Shown: positions 15,403 through 24,261 of the stretch, one piece after another
Layout: each line of letters begins with the position of its first letter
Position numbering within the stretch: position 1 is the first letter of the stretch
From: Candidatus Omnitrophota bacterium
GTDB lineage: Bacteria; Omnitrophota; Gorgyraeia; Duberdicusellales; 4484-171
NCBI GenBank assembly: GCA_021735405.1
Contig: JAIPHC010000002.1
Location: 1 to 40,260, forward strand
Length of the DNA stretch: 40,260 nucleotides
Direction: 5' to 3'
Notes under the pieces: generated by a model
Databases searched by the model: none
What the model was told of the DNA's origin: nothing
The model's input: only the letters and a program-made list of their open reading frames with translations
Position numbers and translations under genes: made by a program

Positions 15403-18241
15403 AAAACGAAAAACCGGCTTTAGCTGGAAGCTTACCTATAATTCTTTTAAGCCTCAAGAAGAAAGCTTAAGAGAGGCGCTTTGTACTTTAGGAAATGGTT
15501 ATTTCGGAACCAGAGGCGCGACTTCGGAGTGCTCGTCTTCCCGAATTCATTATCCCGGTACATATATAACAGGTGTCTATAATAAATTAGGAACGCGTAT
15601 TGCCGGAAAACTGATAAAAAATGAAGATCTGGTGAATTGTCCTAATTGGCTCCCAATTACCTTTAAAATTGGAAAAGGCGATTGGATTAATCCTGCCGCA
15701 GAAAAAATTCATAAATGGCATCAAGAACTTAATCTTAAAACCGGGATATTAAAAAGAATAGTAACTTTCTCGACTCAAGATAAGAAAAAAACAACTATTA
15801 GCGAAGAAAGATTAGTACATATGGCCGATTGCCATCGAGCCGCAATTAAATATCAAATCAAACCGGAAAATTATCAAGGTAGAGTTATTGTCCGCGCCGG
15901 CCTGGATGGAGATATAGAAAATAACGGGGTCGCTCGCTACCGAGAGCTTAACTCAAAACACCTTAAGTCTGTCACAGTTAATTCTTTTTCCAATAATTGT
16001 ATTTATTTAAAAGCTAAAACCAGTCAATCAAAGATAATTATTTTTGAAGCGGCAAAAATAAATGTTTTTAATCCAGCCGGTAAAAAGGTAAAACCACAAT
16101 CAGAAAAAACAAAAAAAGAAAAAAAATCAATTTATAAAGAATTTGAATTAGATTTTAAAAAGAAACAAACCTGCCAACTCGAAAAAATAGTCGCTATTTA
16201 TACTTCCAAAGATAGAGATGTGGGAGATCCGATGCAAGCTATGAAAAATTCTGTTAAGTTTGCGCATCGGTTTAAAAAAATAGCTCAAACACAGAAAAAA
16301 GCCTGGCAATCTTTATGGGATAAATTTGATCTGGATATAAATAATTCTAAATTTACCCAGAAAGTGATAAGATTACATACTTTCCATTTGCTTGAAACTG
16401 CTTCTCCAAATACAGTTAATCTTGATACAGGGCTTCCGGCTCGCGGCCTCCACGGGGAAGCATACCGGGGGCACATCTTTTGGGATGAAATTTTTACTAC
16501 TCCCTTTTACGATGCTCACCTGCCGGAGGTAACCCAATCTCTTCTTTTGTATCGGTACCGGCGCCTGCTTCCTGCCAGAGAAGCAGCAAAGGAGGCAGGT
16601 TTTTCCGGGGCAATGTTTCCTTGGCAGAGCTCAGCTACGGGAGAAGAGGAATCACAAGTTATCCATTTAAACCCTTTATCGGGGAAATGGGGGCCTGATT
16701 ATAGCCGGATTCAAAGGCATATTTCTTTTGATATAGCTTATAATATTTGGCGGCATTGGGAAAGAACTGCTGATTTAAATTTTATGATTTCCTATGGGGT
16801 GGAAATGCTTGCAGCGATTTCTCAATTTGGGGCAACTTTGGCAAAATTTGATAAAAAAGATGGCCGGTTCCATACCGAAGGCCTAATGGGCCCGGATGAA
16901 TTTCACGAAAAAATGCCAGGAGCAAAAAAAGGAGGATTCCGGGACAATGCTTATACCAATGTTTTAATTGTTTGGACTTTATTAAAGACTTTGCGGATTC
17001 TTTCGGTAATTCCTGAGCATCAAAAATTGAGAATATTAAATAAATTAGATATTGCAGAAAAAGATCTCAAACATTGGGATAGAATAACCAAGGAGATGAA
17101 TGTTGTAATAAACAAAAATCAGATAATTGCTCAATTTGACGGTTATTTTGGATTAAAGGAATTAAATTGGAATTATTACCGTAAAAAATATAAAAACATT
17201 AAAAGGATGGATAGAATATTAAAAGCTGAAGGTAAGTCCCCCGATGAATACAAAGCGGCAAAACAAGCGGATGCTTTGATGATTTTTTATCTAATTCCTT
17301 TTTTTGAAGTGGAGAAAATTTTTACCCGGTTAGGTTATAAAATGAACCGAAAAATTTTAGCGAAAAATTATAATTATTATATAAAAAGGACTTCCCACGG
17401 TTCTACCTTAAGTAAAGTGGTACATTGTTATTTATCTAATTTAATTGAAAAAAAAGGTGAAGACTGGTATTGGTTCCAGCAGGTCCTTAAATCTGATATT
17501 TATGATACTCAAGGCGGCACCACGCCTGAAGGGATTCACGCCGGGGTTATGGGGGGCTCAGTGGATATGGTTATGCGCGGTTTTTGCGGAGTTCGGCCTT
17601 TTGAAAATAGAATCAGAATAAATCCTAGCCTGCCGAAAAAATTAACTAAAATTAAATATAATTTTTATTATCAAGGTTATCAAGTTTTTGTTGCTTTAGA
17701 AGGCAGTCAGATTAAGATATACATAAAGGGGAGAAAATCAAAGTTTTGTTCAGTTCCGGTTGAAGTATCAGGGAAGCTATACAACCTCTGTGTAGGCAAA
17801 AAATATAAATTGCCTTTTAAAAAAAGACGAAAAGAAATTCCTGCGAAAAAAAGGAAAAAGATGGCATACAAAAGGGTATTAATTGTTGACGGAGATACGA
17901 GTTCGGCCGCGGTTTTAGAAACTCAATTAGAAGACAAAGGATATTTAGTTCAGAGAGCCATTCAAGGCACAGAAGCTTTACAAATTTTAAAATCGGAGTG
18001 GATTAATTTAATAATTATTTCTATAAATCTTTCCGGAGGAATGACTGGATTTCAATTGTTTAAAGAGATTAAGAAGGCAAAAGATTTTTTCGATATTCCG
18101 ATTGTAATTTATTCTAGTAAAGAAGGCATGAAGAATACTTTCAAAAAATTAGGGGCAGAAGACTTTGTAAGCAAGAAAAAAGAAGTTAAATTTTTGGTTA
18201 ATTCAGTTCAGAAAATATTAAAAAATAATGGGAGGCGATGA
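15380..18241 (+). CDS. Glycoside hydrolase family 65 disaccharide phosphorylase (trehalose, trehalose-6-P, maltose or kojibiose type) with a C-terminal receiver-like domain
   Basis: GH65 blocks are present: LGNGYFGTRGA, ARGLHGEAYRGHIFWDE, MFPWQS, GPDEFHE. The last ~126 aa (from M at 17861) have a CheY-like fold pattern. It has a TTG start with GGGAG at 15371-15375 and overlaps the upstream gene by 23 nt in a different frame. Confidence 0.85.
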   Translation: MRKQSKNRKRKTGFSWKLTYNSFKPQEESLREALCTLGNGYFGTRGATSECSSSRIHYPGTYITGVYNKLGTRIAGKLIKNEDLVNCPNWLPITFKIGKGDWINPAAEKIHKWHQELNLKTGILKRIVTFSTQDKKKTTISEERLVHMADCHRAAIKYQIKPENYQGRVIVRAGLDGDIENNGVARYRELNSKHLKSVTVNSFSNNCIYLKAKTSQSKIIIFEAAKINVFNPAGKKVKPQSEKTKKEKKSIYKEFELDFKKKQTCQLEKIVAIYTSKDRDVGDPMQAMKNSVKFAHRFKKIAQTQKKAWQSLWDKFDLDINNSKFTQKVIRLHTFHLLETASPNTVNLDTGLPARGLHGEAYRGHIFWDEIFTTPFYDAHLPEVTQSLLLYRYRRLLPAREAAKEAGFSGAMFPWQSSATGEEESQVIHLNPLSGKWGPDYSRIQRHISFDIAYNIWRHWERTADLNFMISYGVEMLAAISQFGATLAKFDKKDGRFHTEGLMGPDEFHEKMPGAKKGGFRDNAYTNVLIVWTLLKTLRILSVIPEHQKLRILNKLDIAEKDLKHWDRITKEMNVVINKNQIIAQFDGYFGLKELNWNYYRKKYKNIKRMDRILKAEGKSPDEYKAAKQADALMIFYLIPFFEVEKIFTRLGYKMNRKILAKNYNYYIKRTSHGSTLSKVVHCYLSNLIEKKGEDWYWFQQVLKSDIYDTQGGTTPEGIHAGVMGGSVDMVMRGFCGVRPFENRIRINPSLPKKLTKIKYNFYYQGYQVFVALEGSQIKIYIKGRKSKFCSVPVEVSGKLYNLCVGKKYKLPFKKRRKEIPAKKRKKMAYKRVLIVDGDTSSAAVLETQLEDKGYLVQRAIQGTEALQILKSEWINLIIISINLSGGMTGFQLFKEIKKAKDFFDIPIVIYSSKEGMKNTFKKLGAEDFVSKKKEVKFLVNSVQKILKNNGRR

Positions 18242-18720
18242 TGGCAAAGAAGAAGAAACAAAGCTTTTCAGATATTTTAAAAAAGAGGTTAAAGGCTATT
18301 AAAGCAAAAGATATTATGACTAAAACAGTGGTAACTATTGGAGAAGATAAGACTTTATCTGAAGTTGCAAAAATCATGATCAAAAAAAGAATAAGCGGAT
18401 TACCTGTTTTAGATAAAAAGAAAAAATTGACAGGAATTATCGTGGATCATGATTTATTTTTGGTTATGGATATGATTGAGTCCGGCAATGTAATTGAACA
18501 AAATTCAAACACAAAGGCAGACCCTAAAGTCAATTATGTAATGTCTAGTCAGGTTATCACTATCAAAAAAGATACAAACCTCGATGAAATAATTTCAATT
18601 ATGAAATACAAAAACGTCCATACATTGCCTGTATTGCAGCGAAAAAAAATTGTAGGCATAATCGGCAGAAGGGACGTCTATCAGACTTTTTATAACGCGA
18701 TCAAAAATTTAAAAAAATAA
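18238..18720 (+). CDS. CBS-pair domain protein
   Basis: Two CBS motifs (IMTKTVVTIGEDKTLSEVAKIM...ISGLPVLD and VMSSQVITIKKDTNLDEII...HTLPVL). The start overlaps the upstream stop. Confidence 0.85.
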   Translation: MMAKKKKQSFSDILKKRLKAIKAKDIMTKTVVTIGEDKTLSEVAKIMIKKRISGLPVLDKKKKLTGIIVDHDLFLVMDMIESGNVIEQNSNTKADPKVNYVMSSQVITIKKDTNLDEIISIMKYKNVHTLPVLQRKKIVGIIGRRDVYQTFYNAIKNLKK

Positions 18721-18733
18721 AATAATTGAATTA

Positions 18734-19372
18734 ATGGATCCTTTTATTTTTAGAACCCGCATAAATCAAATTGAACTTTTAGGCAAAAAAGCAAAAAATT
18801 TAAAACAGCTGGCTGACGGTATAAAAACCGTTCCTGCCCCGAGTATTTATCATCATACCCATAGGTTTTTGGAACAACATATATATTTTTCCCCCGAACA
18901 CCCGAATGATTTCAGTTATTGGACAACAACTTCTTTAGGCCTAAAACGCTTAGGCGAAATCATAGCCAGTGTCGAGATTTTTCAATTCAAAGACATAGAG
19001 CTTTTAAGAAAAAAATTCGTAACAATTATCGAAACTTATCTTGAAAACGTATCTTCTTTGCGTAATTGCATTTTAGGCGAAGAGTTTAACTTTATGGCGT
19101 CTAAAATGTTTATTTTGAACACACCTTTTAAAGCTTATAATTTAAAAGATTTTGTTGATTGCCTTGCCCAGGTTACGATTCATTCATTTTATTTTCATAT
19201 GTTTGAGGCGAGAATGAGGCTGCAAAAACATGAAAATGATTTTTCCCGCTGGTTTAAAGATAACGGATTTGAGAGATTAGCCGGACAAATCGCTTCTTTA
19301 GACCCCTATACCCATACTTTAGAAGGGTTGCGCAAAAAAATCATAAATTTGATAAAAAAGTATATACAATGA
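18734..19372 (+). CDS. Conserved hypothetical protein (possibly DUF5752-like; from memory only)
   Basis: A clean 212-aa ORF with no recognisable catalytic motif. Its stop overlaps the start of the TreT-like gene, which implies co-translation. Confidence 0.6.
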   Translation: MDPFIFRTRINQIELLGKKAKNLKQLADGIKTVPAPSIYHHTHRFLEQHIYFSPEHPNDFSYWTTTSLGLKRLGEIIASVEIFQFKDIELLRKKFVTIIETYLENVSSLRNCILGEEFNFMASKMFILNTPFKAYNLKDFVDCLAQVTIHSFYFHMFEARMRLQKHENDFSRWFKDNGFERLAGQIASLDPYTHTLEGLRKKIINLIKKYIQ

Positions 19373-20595
19373 CTAAACAAATTAAAGAGTATATTCCGGT
19401 TGTAGGCAAACAGCTTATAGATGAGCTTTATCTGGTAGCCGGCAGGTTAAAAAGATTTAAAATCCAAAATATCAATTCTACAATATCGGGAGGAGGAGTT
19501 GCCGAAATATTGTCTCGCATGGTGCCTTTGATGAAAGATTTAGGACTTTCGGTTAGATGGGATGCGTTAGAAGCGGGGGATAAATTTTTTACCATTACTA
19601 AAAAAATTCATAACGCTCTTCACGGGATGGATGTTAATTTAACCGATAAAGAGTATCAATATTTTTTAGATGTAAATGAAAAAAATAAAAAGAAAGTAGC
19701 GGTTGATTCCGATATAGTATATATCCATGACCCTCAACCCATTGCTTTAATCACTGAAAACAAAAATCGGGATAAAAAATGGCTTTGGCGTTGTCATGTG
19801 GATTTTTCAAAACCGCAGGAAGCTGTGTGGGCTTTTTTGAAGGAATTTATCCAAAAATATGATACTTCCGTATTTAGCGCGCCGGCTTTTGCGCGCAAAC
19901 TTGATTGCCGGCAGGTTTTAGTTGCGCCTTCTATCGATCCTTTAAGCGATAAAAATAAAACTTTGGAACAGCGGCAAGTAGATTCTGTTTTAGAAAAGTA
20001 TGGTATTGACAAGGATAAACCGATAATTACCCAGATTTCAAGGTTCGATTACCTAAAGGACCCCTTAGGGGTGATAAGAAGTTATCGTTTAGTTAAAAAA
20101 TATATTGATTGCCAGTTAATTTTGGCCGGCGGCGGGGCAACCGATGACCCTAATACAGCCGAGGTTTTAAAAAAGGCAGAAGACCTGGCTTCTGTGGATA
20201 AAGATATTTTTATCCTGCATCTTCCCGGCCAAAGCCATCTTGAAATAAATGCCCTTCAACGGGCTTCTACTGTAATTTTACAAAAGTCTCTCCGTGAAGG
20301 TTTTGGGCTTACTGTTTGCGAGGCGCTTTGGAAAGAAAAACCGGTGATAGCTTCTGCCGTGGGAGGTATTCCTTTACAAATTGCTCATAAATACTCGGGT
20401 ATTTTAACTTATACCATAGAAGGCACGGCTTATTGGATAAAACAGTTAATTCAAGAGCCCGAATACGCAAAGAGATTAGGTGTTCACGGCAAAAAACACG
20501 TAGCCAATAATTTTCTTATAACCCGGCATATCCAAGACTATCTTTTGCTTTTTCTTTCACTTTATAATGAGTCTAATGTTGTTGACTTAGGGTGA
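19369..20595 (+). CDS. treT: GT4-family glycosyltransferase, trehalose synthase (TreT)-like
   Basis: The N-terminus INSTISGGGVAEILSRMVPLMKDLGLSVRW...FFTITKKIHNALHG closely resembles archaeal/thermophile TreT. The C-terminus has the GT-B E-x7-E region (SLREGFGLTVCEALWKEKP). Confidence 0.75.
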   Translation: MTKQIKEYIPVVGKQLIDELYLVAGRLKRFKIQNINSTISGGGVAEILSRMVPLMKDLGLSVRWDALEAGDKFFTITKKIHNALHGMDVNLTDKEYQYFLDVNEKNKKKVAVDSDIVYIHDPQPIALITENKNRDKKWLWRCHVDFSKPQEAVWAFLKEFIQKYDTSVFSAPAFARKLDCRQVLVAPSIDPLSDKNKTLEQRQVDSVLEKYGIDKDKPIITQISRFDYLKDPLGVIRSYRLVKKYIDCQLILAGGGATDDPNTAEVLKKAEDLASVDKDIFILHLPGQSHLEINALQRASTVILQKSLREGFGLTVCEALWKEKPVIASAVGGIPLQIAHKYSGILTYTIEGTAYWIKQLIQEPEYAKRLGVHGKKHVANNFLITRHIQDYLLLFLSLYNESNVVDLG

Positions 20596-20688
20596 AAAAA
20601 TCTTGCTAATATAAGCATATTATGGTAAATTACTTCACGAACCTAACTTCCTGACAGCTTAATTAATTTTTTAAAATCGGAGAAAATT

Positions 20689-22566
20689 ATGCAAAAATCC
20701 AGCAAAGAATTGCTAAAAGAAAGACTAGACCAGAAGAGTTTTGAAAAAGTGGCAATTTTTCAAAACCAACACCTTTTTGATTTTATTGCCGGGTTTGTTG
20801 AGCTTTGCAATCCCAAATCCGTTTTTGTGCGCACAGATTCAAAGGAAGATATAGCCTATATTAGAGAAAAAGCAAAAGAGCTGGGTGAAGAAAAAACTTT
20901 GGCCAAAAGCGGCCATACCGTTCATTTTGACGGCTACCAAGATCAAGCCCGTGATAAAAAGAAGACTAAATATCTATTAAGCCAAGATATTTTAGCAAAA
21001 AGCCGAATCAATAGTATCGAAAAAAATGAAGGCAATAGAGAAATAAAATCAATATTGAAAAATATAATGCAGGGTAAAGAGATGCTTATTTGCTTTTTTT
21101 GCCTTGGCCCAAACAATTCTTTTTTCTCTCTTCCGGCTGTTCAAATCACAGATTCTTTTTATGTTGCTCATTCCGAAGATATTCTTTACCGGCCGGGGTA
21201 CGAACAATTTAAAAAAACAAAGGAGAGTCCTGATTTTTTTAAATTTGTTCACAGCGCCGGGGAGCTTGAAGGAGGAGTGAGCAAAAATATTGATAAAAGA
21301 AGGGTTTATATCGATTTAGAGAAACAATTGGTATACAGCGCAAACACCCAATATGCCGGAAATACCGTGGGTTTGAAAAAGTTAGCTTTACGGTTGGCAA
21401 TTAATAAAGCGGTTAATCAGGGTTGGCTGGCCGAGCACATGTTTGTTATGTCGGTAGCGGACAAAGACGGCGATAAATCTTATTTTTGCGGAGCTTATCC
21501 TAGTATGTGCGGTAAAACTTCAACCGCGATGATTAAGGGAGAAACAATAGTCGGTGATGATATAGCTTACCTAAAAAAGAGAAATTCAAAAGTTTTTGGG
21601 ACCAATGTTGAAAGGGGGGCTTTTGGAATTATTAAAGGAGTAAACCCAGAAGATGATCCAATTATTTATAAGACTTTATCGGAAAAAGGAGAAGTTATTT
21701 TTTCAAATATTTTGGTAAGTGAAAATAATATCCCTTTCTGGGAAGGTAAAAGCAGAGAACATCCTGTGTCGGGAACAAATTTTTCCGGACATTGGTTTCC
21801 CGGTAAGACTGACCAAGAGGGAGAAGAGATACCGGCTTCTCATAAAAATGCCCGTTTTACCATTAGAATAAAAGATTTAGAAAATGCTGATGAAAATCTT
21901 AATAATCCTGAGGGAGTAAATATTAAGGGCATGATTTATGGAGGCAGAGATTCTGACACTTCAGTTCCGGTTGAGCAGGCTTTTAACTGGCAGCATGGAA
22001 TTATCACTAAAGCCGCCAGTATCGAATCAGAAACCACAGCAGCTACTTTAGGCAAAGAGGGGGTAAGGGTTTTTAACCCCATGAGCAATATTGATTTTTT
22101 ATCAATTCCTTTATCTAAATATATTAAAGCTAACCTGGATTTTGGAAAAGGATTAGATTCAGTGCCGTTAATTTTTTCTGTTAATTATTTTTTACGTAAC
22201 AAGGAAGGAAAATTTTTAAATGGCATGAAGGATAAAAAAATATGGTTAAAGTGGGCAAAGTTGCGGGCTGACAAAAGAGCAGAAGGCCTAAAAACTCCTA
22301 CCGGCTTGATTCCTGCTTATCAAGATTTAAAATTATTATTTAAGGACCATTTAGGTAAAGATTATTCGGAAGAAGATTATAATATCCAATTTACTTTAAG
22401 GATTCCTGAAAATTTAGAAAAAATAGAAAGAGTAATTAATATCTACAGCGATCGGGACAATATTCCTTCTGTTTTATTCAAAGAGCTAGAAGAACAAAAG
22501 AAAAGATTATTAGAATGCCAGAAAGAATACGGCGATTACCCCAAGCCGTCAAATTTTAAAAAATAA
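20689..22566 (+). CDS. pckG: phosphoenolpyruvate carboxykinase (GTP)
   Basis: Kinase-1a motif YPSMCGKTS, GDDIAYL and NARFT blocks. The ~625-aa length fits the GTP-type enzyme. Confidence 0.9.
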   Translation: MQKSSKELLKERLDQKSFEKVAIFQNQHLFDFIAGFVELCNPKSVFVRTDSKEDIAYIREKAKELGEEKTLAKSGHTVHFDGYQDQARDKKKTKYLLSQDILAKSRINSIEKNEGNREIKSILKNIMQGKEMLICFFCLGPNNSFFSLPAVQITDSFYVAHSEDILYRPGYEQFKKTKESPDFFKFVHSAGELEGGVSKNIDKRRVYIDLEKQLVYSANTQYAGNTVGLKKLALRLAINKAVNQGWLAEHMFVMSVADKDGDKSYFCGAYPSMCGKTSTAMIKGETIVGDDIAYLKKRNSKVFGTNVERGAFGIIKGVNPEDDPIIYKTLSEKGEVIFSNILVSENNIPFWEGKSREHPVSGTNFSGHWFPGKTDQEGEEIPASHKNARFTIRIKDLENADENLNNPEGVNIKGMIYGGRDSDTSVPVEQAFNWQHGIITKAASIESETTAATLGKEGVRVFNPMSNIDFLSIPLSKYIKANLDFGKGLDSVPLIFSVNYFLRNKEGKFLNGMKDKKIWLKWAKLRADKRAEGLKTPTGLIPAYQDLKLLFKDHLGKDYSEEDYNIQFTLRIPENLEKIERVINIYSDRDNIPSVLFKELEEQKKRLLECQKEYGDYPKPSNFKK

Positions 22567-22567
22567 G

Positions 22568-23446
22568 ATGTTAAAGAAAACAGATTTTAATAATTTAAAA
22601 CTTTTTAAAAAAGGTAAAGTACGGGATGTATACGATTTAGGAAATAAGCTTTTAATCGTTGCAACCGATAGGATTTCTTGTTTTGACGCAGTATTGCCTA
22701 CACCTATTCCTAATAAAGGTAAAATTCTTACCCAAATTTCTCTTTTTTGGTTTTCTTATCTAAAAGATCTAGTTTCGAATCATTTAATTTCTGCTGATGA
22801 TAAAGATTTACCAAAGGAAATTTCTGAAGGCAGAGATGAGCTGAGAGGTAGATTTATGATTGCAGAAAAATGTAAAGTTTTTCCCTTTGAGTGTGTGGTC
22901 AGGGGATATTTAGCCGGATCCGGTTTTAAAGATTATCAAAAAACTGGCAGCGTTTGCGGCATCAAACTCCCCCAAGGGCTAAAGCAAGCGGATAAATTAC
23001 CAGAACCTATTTTTACTCCTGCAACTAAGGCAGAATCAGGCCATGACCAAAATATTGATTTTGAATATATGAAAAAAGAAATTGGCGAAAACGTAGCGGA
23101 AAAATTAAAAAATATCAGCATTCAACTTTATAAAAAAGCTACTGAGTTAGCGGAAAGTAAGGGAATAATAATTGCCGACACAAAGTTTGAATTCGGTAAA
23201 ACCAATGATAACAGAATAATAATTGTTGATGAAGCATTAACTCCAGATTCTTCCCGCTTTTGGCCAAGGTCTGAATATGGGCCAGGCAAATCTCAGAGCA
23301 GCTTCGATAAGCAATTTGTAAGAGATTACCTGGAGACTTGTGATTGGGATAAAACACCGCCGGCACCAGAATTACCGGAAGATATAGTTAAAAAAACCAG
23401 GAATAAATACAATCAAGCTTTAGAAATGCTTACTGAAAATGGATGA
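22568..23446 (+). CDS. purC: phosphoribosylaminoimidazole-succinocarboxamide (SAICAR) synthase
   Basis: GKVRDVYD, ATDRISCFD, ADTKFEFG and LTPDSSRFW are present. Confidence 0.92.
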   Translation: MLKKTDFNNLKLFKKGKVRDVYDLGNKLLIVATDRISCFDAVLPTPIPNKGKILTQISLFWFSYLKDLVSNHLISADDKDLPKEISEGRDELRGRFMIAEKCKVFPFECVVRGYLAGSGFKDYQKTGSVCGIKLPQGLKQADKLPEPIFTPATKAESGHDQNIDFEYMKKEIGENVAEKLKNISIQLYKKATELAESKGIIIADTKFEFGKTNDNRIIIVDEALTPDSSRFWPRSEYGPGKSQSSFDKQFVRDYLETCDWDKTPPAPELPEDIVKKTRNKYNQALEMLTENG

Positions 23447-23469
23447 TAGAGAGGAGAAGGCAGAAAGAA

Positions 23470-24261
23470 ATGAATATAGTAGTTTGCATTAAACAAGTTC
23501 CTGATACCACAGAAGTAAGAGTTAATCCTGAAACTAATACCTTAATTAGAGAAGGGGTTGATTCAATAGTTAATCCTTTTGATACTTATGCAATTGAAGA
23601 AGCGGTACGCTTAAGAGATAAGTTCGGCGGGAAAGTCACGGTGATGACTATGGGCCCTCCTCAGGCGGAAGCAGCTTTAAGGCAAGCATTGTCGGTGGGA
23701 GCAGATTCGGCAATTCTTGTTTCTGACAGAGCCTTTGCTGGTTCCGATACTTGGTCAACCAGTTTAATTCTATCTAAAGCATTAGAAAAGATAAAAGAGG
23801 TTGATTTGGTTATTTGTGGAAAGCAAGCCTCTGACGGAGATACAGCTCAAGTAGGCCCGGGGATAGCCACTCATCTTAATTTGCCACAGGCAACCTATGT
23901 AAGAAGAATAGATACTGTTCATCTTGATTCATCCCCAAAAATTATTGTAGTTGAAAGATTAGTTGAAGAGGGATATGAAATGGTAGAGGTTCAGTTACCA
24001 GCTTTAATTACAGTAGTAAAAGAAATTAATGAACCAAGGATGCCGTCGTTACGGGGTAAAATGAAAGCAAGAAGCGCCGAGATAGTTGTATGGAAAAATA
24101 GTGATTTAGAAATAAAAGAAAATGAAATTGGCCTGGAAGGGTCTCCTACTCAAGTAGTAAAAATCTTTACTCCTCCCAAAAAGGAAGGGGGGAAAGTTTT
24201 TCAAGGTGAACCAGAAGATGCAGTTAACGAGTTGGTAAAAGAAATAAAAGATATTTTATGA
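23470..24261 (+). CDS. etfB: electron transfer flavoprotein, beta subunit
   Basis: MNIVVCIKQVPD, VNPFDTYAIEEA and CGKQASDGDTAQVGP are present. I prefer ATG 23470 (GAGAGGAGAAGG upstream); 23443 is an alternative. Confidence 0.88.
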   Translation: MNIVVCIKQVPDTTEVRVNPETNTLIREGVDSIVNPFDTYAIEEAVRLRDKFGGKVTVMTMGPPQAEAALRQALSVGADSAILVSDRAFAGSDTWSTSLILSKALEKIKEVDLVICGKQASDGDTAQVGPGIATHLNLPQATYVRRIDTVHLDSSPKIIVVERLVEEGYEMVEVQLPALITVVKEINEPRMPSLRGKMKARSAEIVVWKNSDLEIKENEIGLEGSPTQVVKIFTPPKKEGGKVFQGEPEDAVNELVKEIKDIL

